In this document: piece by piece, positions 27,852 through 35,859 of the stretch
Numbering within the stretch: position 1 is the stretch's first letter
How the letters are laid out: every line of letters starts with the position of its first letter
Source: Gemmatimonadota bacterium
Lineage (GTDB): Bacteria > 4572-55 > J002
DNA length: 44,729 bases
Direction: 5' to 3'
NCBI GenBank assembly: GCA_003697105.1
Contig: RFFQ01000114.1
Coordinates: forward strand, 1 to 44,729
Made by a program: the position numbers and the translations under genes
Notes under the pieces: generated by a model
The model's database searches: none
Seen by the model: the letters and a program-made list of their open reading frames with translations, nothing else
Told to the model about the DNA's origin: nothing

Positions 27852-29429
27852 TTACGATGGTCTGCCGGTTCGCCTCACGGGGTTTAACCGGTAGATCGCC
27901 AAAATGATCTGTTTGATGGATTGGGTGAGCGGTGATGCGTCGCCCATCCGGTTGAGCAGGTTGAGGTCTTCGGCGTCAAATCCATGGAACATGATGCACA
28001 TTCCGGCTGAACATACACCAAATAGCAGTGAATACCCCACTAATGAATAGATGGTTGTTATCCCTAAACCCGTCGGGTAGAATATCCCTATTAGCAGAAT
28101 AGCAATATAAATATAATTTTTAAAGTCTTTTAGGGTATACTGGATGTGGATGTGTTTTGATAATCCGATATAGATGAATATCATTTTTAACAGACCGCCG
28201 GTCAGTGTTGCCAAGGCGACTCCCACAATGCCAAAGAACTTCATGGCGTAAATACCGCCGATGATGCTAAACACAACCACCGTTTTACTGTAAAATAAAA
28301 TATCCATGCGCTCCAACAGTTGAGCGGTGAGTCCGAGTGGGTAAAAAATGGCAAACGTGATGTTACCGGTTAAGACAATGGTGGTGACCCAATAGGCATC
28401 CATATATTTTGGATCAAAAATCAAATGGATGACCGGCTTCCCGAATATCAGGAAATAAAGGGCGGGGAAGGCACATACCGGTAGCATGATCTTCACCATA
28501 AAATTGTAAATACGGGTGAATGCCGCTTGATCCATATCGGCACTAAATTTTTGGAAAAAAAGCGGTCTTAAAACGCTTAGAAATTCGTTTACCGGTAAAA
28601 TTTTATAGACAATTTCATAGATTTTATAGGCAAAGGCATACAATCCCACAAAATATTGGGTGGACAGCGCGGAAATGATGTAATAATCGGACGTTTTGCT
28701 GATGATGCCCGCACCTAATTCATTCATTGAAGAATACAAGCCATATTGGATCACCCGGGCTTTGGTCACTGACGTTGAAGGGGTGCGCTTGGGGGATGGG
28801 TTCCGTGTTTGGTAAAAGCGATAGTAGCGCGCCAAGCCGGCGATACCGAAAAAAAATCCTAAGACGGTTTCAATATAAAGTAGGGCGGAAACACTCATCA
28901 CGGGCAAATAGATAAGATAGAGTACCGCCCGTGAAACAGAGACCACTATTTGCAGGATAGATGTTGTTTGGTGAAGCAGTAATGAGGTTAAGATGGCGTT
29001 TGCTAGCCGCACCAACAGTTGGCTGAACACAAACAGCGAAAAGACCGTTAGGTACATGTGGAACTGCGGAACATTAAAAAACGCCGCAAAGGGTTCGTGC
29101 CAACGGTAAAGTAGCCCGAGGATGACTAACGTGCCGCTCATGGAGACGGTGGCACCAAGCCATAACATCCGGTTTAATTTTCCGTATTCTCCATTTTGGA
29201 TGAGTTCTGGGATGTAGCGGTGAAAAACATTGACGATGGCACCTACCGCCAGAATACTAAACAGAATAAAAAGGTTTTGGATGAAATTAAATGTACCGTA
29301 AAGGGCAACATCCAATTTGCGGATCACCAGCACCAGAGTGATCATACCAAATAGCTGGGCACCGGCTTTACCCAGATACACCCATTGGGTATTATGGATG
29401 AACACCTGGAGGCGAGAGGACGATTTCAC
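27852..29429 (-). CDS. wzx: Oligosaccharide flippase
   Basis: Many TM segments (roughly 12-14) and an MOP-type N-terminus (LVIRKLDVALYG); first gene of the minus operon, GTG start. Confidence 0.8.
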   Translation of the reverse strand: MKSSSRLQVFIHNTQWVYLGKAGAQLFGMITLVLVIRKLDVALYGTFNFIQNLFILFSILAVGAIVNVFHRYIPELIQNGEYGKLNRMLWLGATVSMSGTLVILGLLYRWHEPFAAFFNVPQFHMYLTVFSLFVFSQLLVRLANAILTSLLLHQTTSILQIVVSVSRAVLYLIYLPVMSVSALLYIETVLGFFFGIAGLARYYRFYQTRNPSPKRTPSTSVTKARVIQYGLYSSMNELGAGIISKTSDYYIISALSTQYFVGLYAFAYKIYEIVYKILPVNEFLSVLRPLFFQKFSADMDQAAFTRIYNFMVKIMLPVCAFPALYFLIFGKPVIHLIFDPKYMDAYWVTTIVLTGNITFAIFYPLGLTAQLLERMDILFYSKTVVVFSIIGGIYAMKFFGIVGVALATLTGGLLKMIFIYIGLSKHIHIQYTLKDFKNYIYIAILLIGIFYPTGLGITTIYSLVGYSLLFGVCSAGMCIMFHGFDAEDLNLLNRMGDASPLTQSIKQIILAIYRLNPVRRTGRPS

Positions 29430-29491
29430 TCGTTGATTCCTTGTATCGTATTGCTTTTAGAGTCCTTTTGCCTGATGGTAGGCTTCTTTAT

Positions 29492-29531
29492 AAAAAAACC
29501 TTCTGCTTAACGTCATCAAAGCAGAAGGTTT
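29492..29531 (-). terminator. Intrinsic terminator downstream of the REC-kinase gene
   Basis: 13-bp inverted repeat AAACCTTCTGCTT/AAGCAGAAGGTTT with an A7 run on the left, which is a U-tract on the minus strand. Confidence 0.75.
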
Positions 29532-29556
29532 GAGATATTGTGCTCACTTCTTCTAG

Positions 29557-30456
29557 TTATAGTTGGTTGATGTATAACGGCTTATACCCTGAGTACACTT
29601 TTTCATAGTAATTGAACACGATGATCTCGGTCTTTTTACCGACAGCAATATTAATGATGCACCGGTCGAGAATTTTGCGAATCATCAAGGTGCCGCGGCC
29701 GCTAATATCTTCCATTCCCGCGCCACTAATTTGCCGGTCTAGCGCTTCTAACAGCCGTTGTTTAGAGGTAGAGCCGCTGGAGTCAATCACTGAAACCCCA
29801 TATTTTTCATTATCTTTGCCGTAGTTGACTTCTACCACTTCATGATCTTCCAACGTAATATCACTACCCTTTTCATATTTTTGAGAGCCATCTGGATTGA
29901 CCGGTGCATGCCAAATCGCATTGGAAATCAGTTCATCGAGTGCCAACCGGCACAGCATTGGTTTTTCCGGTTGAAGATAGGCTTCGATGGCGTCGATGGT
30001 TTCAAGCATATCCTGATGAGTCCGAATCCGGCGTTTGATAATGGGGGTTCCCTCGGTCAGATAGTTCTCCAACCCAAACACCCGTTCCCCCGTGATCAGG
30101 TTTTCTACGGTGTGGATCACTTCTTCGACATTAAATGGATCGGTTTTGGTAATGATATTTCCAATATCATGTTCTTTTGCCAACCGGATGTAATTTTCGA
30201 CTTCATAGCTGGTCATCAATGCTGTTCGCACATTGGGTACTTGCTTTTTGATTTCCAATAGCGTACTAATCCCATCCCGACCGGGCATGTTGATGTCGCT
30301 AATGACTAAATCCGGCTGAAATTCACCGGCCAGTGCGATGCCTTCATCTCCGGTGCTGGCAGTTTTCACCTCATACTCATCATTTAAAAAATACGCCATC
30401 ATTTCTTGAATGAGTGATGAGTCATCAATGATCAAAATTCGTCCTTTTTTACTCAT
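29557..30456 (-). CDS. Response regulator: REC domain plus RsbW/SpoIIAB-like (anti-sigma-type) HATPase Ser kinase
   Basis: REC motifs ILIIDDS and VISDINMP. The C-terminus has N-box LALDELISNAIWH, VIDSSG and SGRGTLMIR. There is no H-box. Confidence 0.8.
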   Translation of the reverse strand: MSKKGRILIIDDSSLIQEMMAYFLNDEYEVKTASTGDEGIALAGEFQPDLVISDINMPGRDGISTLLEIKKQVPNVRTALMTSYEVENYIRLAKEHDIGNIITKTDPFNVEEVIHTVENLITGERVFGLENYLTEGTPIIKRRIRTHQDMLETIDAIEAYLQPEKPMLCRLALDELISNAIWHAPVNPDGSQKYEKGSDITLEDHEVVEVNYGKDNEKYGVSVIDSSGSTSKQRLLEALDRQISGAGMEDISGRGTLMIRKILDRCIINIAVGKKTEIIVFNYYEKVYSGYKPLYINQL

Positions 30457-30506
30457 AATCCCTCTATCCGGTAAACACTAAATCCCCTCTCGACAATGGA
30501 TTTTAT

Positions 30507-30535
30507 ATTTTAGCATGTTTTTCGTTAAAAGACAA
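30507..30535 (-). promoter_or_regulatory. Sigma70-type promoter for the REC-kinase gene
   Basis: Minus strand TTGTCT-N17-TAAAAT with extended -10 TG, about 50 nt upstream of the ATG. Confidence 0.5.
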
Positions 30536-30666
30536 TTATATTTTTTCAGTAGGAGGCTCGTTTCCCTGAAAATTTATCTGGGTAGCCGGGGAGATACCCT
30601 TATTTACTGGATAGATTTGTCTGGATAATGGGGGTATTACCCTACTGCCTTCTCCATGATTTTATG

Positions 30667-30695
30667 TTGACACGTCTCTCTTTTTATGGTATGGT
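30667..30695 (+). promoter_or_regulatory. Sigma70-type promoter for the SBP-HK-phosphatase operon
   Basis: TTGACA-N17-TATGGT with extended -10 TG. Confidence 0.6.
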
Positions 30696-30766
30696 TATCA
30701 CTGGTTTTGATAGGTACTTACTGTACTTTTCAGCCTGACATCTCCAAAGTTATTAAAGGATATGAA

Positions 30767-31714
30767 ATGCCAGCTAACCCCATCCGAATTCTTCCTGTAT
30801 TTCTATTTTCTATTTGTTTTATTTTCGGTGCGATTCCGGTCAGCGCCGAGGTGGCGGTCATTTTAAGCCGGGATGATTTTGAACCGTATCAGGAAGCGCG
30901 TCAGGGGTTTGAAGAAACATGCACGGCGCCCACAAAAGTGTTTGCCTTTGAAGTAGAAAATCGGGAAACCCGGCAATACAAGCAACGTTCCATTGATGAG
31001 GCGTTAAATTATATCCAAAAGGGAAACCCCGAGCTAATTTGTGCGATAGGTACACAGGCATTTTTAGCCGTGCTTCAGGTTGCTCCCGCACAAATCCCCA
31101 TTGTTGCCGCAATGGTCAAATCCCCAGAGCAGTTAATCCAAGATTCCCTCGCGACGGGTCACACGATTTATGCCGTTGATTTTTTTGTTAGCTCGGATAT
31201 CGTCATGGAAACCATCCGATCGACCTATCCTGAACTGAAATCCATTGGAATCATTTATTATGAAACCTCCCAATCCCTAGTGGATGAACTTCGAGCCGAA
31301 GCGGATACCCGAAATTTGCAGGTGATTGCGGAAGTGGCGGATGGGAATAATCCCTTGCCAGCGCTCCGAAATGTGAGTACCTCCGCCGATTTGTTTTTGA
31401 TTATCGATAATGCTATGATCGGTGGTTCGGCATTTGATGTGTTATTGGGTTTTCAGAAACCGATTATTAGCTTGATTCATAATCCCCGGATGGTGCGGAA
31501 AGGTGCTCTATTTGGGTTTTTACTGCAATCCCGTGAAAACGGGCGTGCGGTGGGTCAAATCGCCAATACCATTTTAGCGGGTGGGAAGGTAACACCCCCT
31601 TTTCCCAAGATGACAAAAGCCGCACTGGCGGTGAATCAAAAAGTTCGTGATTTATTGAATGTTCCAGTACCAAATAATTTTGATATTCTTGAAAAATATA
31701 ACACCATTGAATAG
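30767..31714 (+). CDS. Periplasmic ABC-type substrate-binding-like protein, probably the sensor partner of the HK
   Basis: Signal peptide ending VSA-E, with PELICAIG, LKSIGIIY, VRKGALFG, GRAVGQIA..IL.G and LAVNQKV. RBS AAGGA precedes the ATG at 30767. No permease gene is adjacent. Confidence 0.7.
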   Translation: MPANPIRILPVFLFSICFIFGAIPVSAEVAVILSRDDFEPYQEARQGFEETCTAPTKVFAFEVENRETRQYKQRSIDEALNYIQKGNPELICAIGTQAFLAVLQVAPAQIPIVAAMVKSPEQLIQDSLATGHTIYAVDFFVSSDIVMETIRSTYPELKSIGIIYYETSQSLVDELRAEADTRNLQVIAEVADGNNPLPALRNVSTSADLFLIIDNAMIGGSAFDVLLGFQKPIISLIHNPRMVRKGALFGFLLQSRENGRAVGQIANTILAGGKVTPPFPKMTKAALAVNQKVRDLLNVPVPNNFDILEKYNTIE

Positions 31715-31719
31715 TTCTT

Positions 31720-33378
31720 ATGAATCTCACATTTGAGCAAAAAGTTGTTTTACTCCTGAGTATCACACCGGTTCTGTTCGTCGTGTTTTCAATGATGTAT
31801 GTTGTCAACACGAAATCAACACTCACCCGGCAGGAAGTAGAAAGCGGTAAGATTCTGGCAAAAACCTTTGCAAAAAATGCGACCTTCGGCACCTTGCTGC
31901 AAGAACCCAATAAATTGGAAACCCCTTTTAGGGATTATCTGGAAGAGCCGTCGGTCGTGGCTGTTGCCGTATTCATGGTAGATACGGGCGAACAATTAGC
32001 CGCGGCGATTGATAGCACCTTGTTGCTGTCGCCTTCCGTCCGGGCGGATATTCCCTTCTCTGAGATTGTGGAACGCCTAGAAAGCCGGGTGGATGATGTG
32101 GTCGTTGATGCGTCCGGTTCGGATGTCATCTACTTTTATACACCTATTTTCAACCGGCAGGTGGTCCATGTAACGGAAGATGCGTTTGGGTGGGAAGACG
32201 AACTGAATGTGGAAGAGCAAGAGGTGCTTTTTGCCGTTGCGGAGATGGGTATCACGTTGGACCGGGTGAAGCGTTCCTTTAATCAAAACTTGATCTTTGT
32301 CGCCATAATGACTATTGTGTTTCTTGTTGCGGGGGTTGTCATCATGCGTTATATTTTTGCCCAATGGCGCCAGCGTACCGATGAACTTCAGGAGGCTATT
32401 ACCCGCTCCAAAGAAGCCGAAGACCAAATCCGCAAAGCTTATAAAGAACTTGAACACAAAAGCCGGCAGTTTGAAAAAGCCAACGAAGACCTGTTGCAAG
32501 CCCAATTAGAGACCATTAAACAACGTTCCCAATTAGTCGAAAGTGAACGCTTAGCAACGTTAGGTGAGCTTTCCGGGATGGTTGCTCATGAAATCAATAA
32601 TGCTTTAAGCGGTATCAGTGGTCCCATCGACCATATTCTGAATATGAAACCCATCGACGAGGAAAAAATATGGTACTGCTGGGAATCCGATCAAGATGGA
32701 CACGAACTCCAAGCCTATCTGGAAGAATGGAATCAAAACTGGAATAGCCTGATCGAAGCGGCTCGCCTGATTGAAACTGCCGGAAAACGGGCGCGAACAA
32801 CCGTCAGAAACTTGCAAGGCTTGGTGGGAGGTCGTAGCCGCCAATATGGCACCGTGGATGTATGCGAAGTCTTTCGGGAAAGCTACAGCCTGCAAAAACA
32901 CCGCGAAGAACTTCAGGCGGTAAAACTGATCGAAAAATTTGAAGAAGAGGAGATGAAGATTATCTCCACCAGTGGGGAATTGGGGCAAATTTTTACCAAC
33001 ATGCTAATTAATGCCGGGCACGCCTTAGTGGGTCGTCCCGATCCAACGATAACCGTTGAAATCCGGCATAAAGATAATGGCATCGAGATTTTGTTTAGCG
33101 ATAACGGAAAAGGGATGCCCTTTGAAGTGCGTACGCAAGTTTTTAAACCCTTTTTCACCTATGGTAAGGGCGAAAAAGGCACCGGTTTAGGGCTTTCAAC
33201 CGTGGATCGAATTGTAAAGGCGCATGGCGGTAAAATCCATGTGGAAAGCGAAGAAGGAAAAGGAACGACCTTTATTATGTGGTTTCCGTATGAAAGACCT
33301 AAAAATACAGAAAAAGATGATGCGACTGAAACCAACGTAGAACCCCGTGAGGAAAAGGAGCAGAACATTAATGGCTGA
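31720..33378 (+). CDS. Membrane sensor histidine kinase
   Basis: Two TM helices and a coiled coil; H-box GMVAHEINNAL, N-box QIFTNMLINA, DNGKG, VFKPFFT, GTGLGL and GKGTTF. Confidence 0.92.
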   Translation: MNLTFEQKVVLLLSITPVLFVVFSMMYVVNTKSTLTRQEVESGKILAKTFAKNATFGTLLQEPNKLETPFRDYLEEPSVVAVAVFMVDTGEQLAAAIDSTLLLSPSVRADIPFSEIVERLESRVDDVVVDASGSDVIYFYTPIFNRQVVHVTEDAFGWEDELNVEEQEVLFAVAEMGITLDRVKRSFNQNLIFVAIMTIVFLVAGVVIMRYIFAQWRQRTDELQEAITRSKEAEDQIRKAYKELEHKSRQFEKANEDLLQAQLETIKQRSQLVESERLATLGELSGMVAHEINNALSGISGPIDHILNMKPIDEEKIWYCWESDQDGHELQAYLEEWNQNWNSLIEAARLIETAGKRARTTVRNLQGLVGGRSRQYGTVDVCEVFRESYSLQKHREELQAVKLIEKFEEEEMKIISTSGELGQIFTNMLINAGHALVGRPDPTITVEIRHKDNGIEILFSDNGKGMPFEVRTQVFKPFFTYGKGEKGTGLGLSTVDRIVKAHGGKIHVESEEGKGTTFIMWFPYERPKNTEKDDATETNVEPREEKEQNING

Positions 33379-35110
33379 TGAAGGACGTCGTAGAATACGA
33401 CCCGGACGGGTCCGCCCAAGTGGAGCACCTCAAAGCCGTGGAACTGAATCGCCAACTTCCAAAAAGTTTGGTCAGCGGTTCAGCGATAAAAAATTACCGG
33501 CATATAAGGGTACGGTCTTGCTAGTAGATGATGATGACCTGGTCCGCGGCTCGATGCGAATGTCGTTACAAGGTGAGTATCAGATTCTGGAAGCCAACGA
33601 TGGTTTTCAAGGGCTAGATGTTCTCAAAGAACATCTGGCTCAAATCGATTGTGTGGTGACCGATATTCGGATGCCCGGCTTGAACGGTTCCGAATATATG
33701 TCACGCGCCGCGGAAATCACAAAAGAAGTCTATTTTATTGTGGTAACCGGTCACAAAGGTGAAGTCACAGAATCCAAATTGATCGGTGATGGTGGCGGTC
33801 GCCTGAGCGGTTTTCTGGAAAAACCCGTTACCAGTGATGAACTCAAATATCAAATCGATAAAGCTATTGAACTCACCCGTAACCAGCGGGACCGCATTCG
33901 TGCCAATGATAACGCTCACAAGCTGGTACAAAGCGTGGAAAATATCTATAGCATCAAAAGTTTGGAAGATTTGCTCGCTGCTATCTTTGAAAATGTCGCT
34001 ATTTTTAGCTCGGTGCGGACGGGTTTTCTGGCGTTCTCCAGTGATTCCTCAGAAAATGATTATGTTGTGCGGGGTGGCGTCGGTCGATTTGCGGAAATGA
34101 TCGGCGAATCCATCGTCGAAAATCCAAAACTCAGAAAACACGAAGTCGAACTGCTCGTAAAAGCCGTCAAAGAAGACCGAATCCACGAAACCGATGAGGT
34201 GATGGTGCTTCCCCTGAAACGGGGCGGCTTGCTCCTGATCGGACAACCCTCGGTCGATGAGCGGGATAAAGATTTTATCCGTACCTACGCCCGAAATGCC
34301 GAAAAAGCCATTGAAAATGTCTTTTATTACCATGAATTGGAAGAAAAGAAGCGATTAGAACAAGAACTGAAGATCGCAGCGGAAATTCAGACCTCCTTGT
34401 TGCCGAAAAAACAACCGGAACTAGAAGATATTGAAGTGCTCGGATTTCAACTGCCCGCAAAAGAGGTCGGAGGGGATTACTACGACTTCATTGAGATGGG
34501 TGAAGGCAGCCTCGCGGTGTGTATCGGCGATGTGAGCGGTAAGGGTGTCCCCGCCGGGCTGGTCATGGTCATGGCACGGAGCTACCTGCAAATCCTAATG
34601 GGTAAGGATAGCGAAGGTCATGTGGTAGAAATTCCCTCTCTGGCAACCGTCCTAAACAAAATCAACCGGGTCTTGCATAAAGATGTTGAATCCACCCGGT
34701 TTATGACCATGTTACTTTCCGTGTGGGATGCCCATAAAAAGGTGTTGCGCTATGTCGGCGCCGGGCATGAACGGTTGATCGTTTATCGCGAAGCAACCCG
34801 AACGTGCGAACTCATCAAACCCGGCGGCGTGATGTTGGGAATGCTGGATGATGTGGAAGATTTCCTGACCGATCAGGAACTAGAACTTGCCCCCGGCGAT
34901 ACCGTTGTTCTGTACACGGATGGTGTCACCGAAGCCCGCTCCAAAGCCGATAAACTGTTCGGGATGGATGCGCTGATTGCCTCCATTGAGAAACACGCCA
35001 GCGATAATGTCCACTCACTAATTGAAGGCGTCCGGGAAGACTTGCGGGAGTTCATGCTCGGTGAGATTCAGTACGATGATATTACGCTGGTGGCATTACG
35101 CCGTAAATGA
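33371..35110 (+). CDS. REC - GAF-like - PP2C/SpoIIE (RsbU/RsbP-like) serine phosphatase
   Basis: REC motifs VLLVDDD and VTDIRMP; PP2C motifs GGDYYD, IGDVSGKG, AGHE, LYTDGVTEA and DDIT. RBS AAGGAG precedes the ATG at 33371. Confidence 0.9.
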   Translation: MADEGRRRIRPGRVRPSGAPQSRGTESPTSKKFGQRFSDKKLPAYKGTVLLVDDDDLVRGSMRMSLQGEYQILEANDGFQGLDVLKEHLAQIDCVVTDIRMPGLNGSEYMSRAAEITKEVYFIVVTGHKGEVTESKLIGDGGGRLSGFLEKPVTSDELKYQIDKAIELTRNQRDRIRANDNAHKLVQSVENIYSIKSLEDLLAAIFENVAIFSSVRTGFLAFSSDSSENDYVVRGGVGRFAEMIGESIVENPKLRKHEVELLVKAVKEDRIHETDEVMVLPLKRGGLLLIGQPSVDERDKDFIRTYARNAEKAIENVFYYHELEEKKRLEQELKIAAEIQTSLLPKKQPELEDIEVLGFQLPAKEVGGDYYDFIEMGEGSLAVCIGDVSGKGVPAGLVMVMARSYLQILMGKDSEGHVVEIPSLATVLNKINRVLHKDVESTRFMTMLLSVWDAHKKVLRYVGAGHERLIVYREATRTCELIKPGGVMLGMLDDVEDFLTDQELELAPGDTVVLYTDGVTEARSKADKLFGMDALIASIEKHASDNVHSLIEGVREDLREFMLGEIQYDDITLVALRRK

Positions 35111-35152
35111 TCCACGGTGTACCGGCTACCACTGCAAATTGCACATAACGGG

Positions 35153-35193
35153 AAACCCTTAGGGTCTTAAAAGAACCTAAGGGTTTTGTTTTC
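35153..35193 (+). terminator. Hairpin after the phosphatase gene (terminator and/or REP-like palindrome)
   Basis: AAACCCTTAGG-gtcttaaaagaa-CCTAAGGGTTT followed by TGTTTTC. Confidence 0.55.
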
Positions 35194-35235
35194 AGCGGGT
35201 TATCGTACAACGAACATTTTAATGCGGTAATCATT

Positions 35236-35261
35236 AAAAAAGGCGTCTCGCACGGACGCCT
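35236..35261 (-). terminator. Intrinsic terminator of the small minus-strand gene
   Basis: AGGCGTC/GACGCCT stem with an A6 run on the left, 8 nt past the stop codon. Confidence 0.7.
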
Positions 35262-35269
35262 CTCAAGCT

Positions 35270-35587
35270 TTAGCGCGGATTGACTATCAGTTCCCCATTG
35301 GAAAGCGACGCCGCAAATTTATCCACATTTTTCGGGAGATTTGCCGACGGGACAATTTCCACAATGATTTCTTCCTGATCATTGGTTTTATCCACATACC
35401 ACTTAGCGTTGATTTTCAGGGTCAGGGACGACGGGCGACCGGTGCGCTCCGTGTTTTCGACAATCTCACGAATCCCTTTCACCACAATATCATTCATCAC
35501 TTTCAGAATCTTCTCATCCGAAAGGGTGTGTGAAGGACGTTCTTCTGCCGCCGTTTCCGCGCCAACCGTTACTTTGGTTTCGTCCAT
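35270..35587 (-). CDS. Small hypothetical protein (105 aa)
   Basis: A strong RBS (GGAGGA) precedes the ATG at 35587 and the gene has its own terminator. A possible promoter TTGACC-N18-TATGAT lies at 35647-35676. Confidence 0.7.
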   Translation of the reverse strand: MDETKVTVGAETAAEERPSHTLSDEKILKVMNDIVVKGIREIVENTERTGRPSSLTLKINAKWYVDKTNDQEEIIVEIVPSANLPKNVDKFAASLSNGELIVNPR

Positions 35588-35859
35588 CCTATCCTCCAAG
35601 ACAAAATGTTGAAATAAAATGAATTAATAGCAGGTGACGGGAAAATATCATATTCCCGGCTGAAATTCAAGGTCAAAAATGATAGGACGGTCTGCCCTTT
35701 TTTGCGAAAATGTGCTAACTGGTTGAAAATAAACCAGATCAATACCTGTAAAAATTTACAATATCTATTTACGTTCTACTTGAATAAACACCGTGTTTCC
35801 ATACCCCCGGATCGCGTTTTATGCTCGGCGGTGCCATCTTTAGTTGAAGGAGTTACCCT

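Noticed and set aside
30686-30766. Track start of the SBP at 30686
   Set aside because: This ATG lies within the predicted promoter. The RBS and signal peptide fit the ATG at 30767.
30767-31714. ABC transporter operon
   Set aside because: No permease or ATPase gene is adjacent; the SBP gene sits 5 nt upstream of a histidine kinase.
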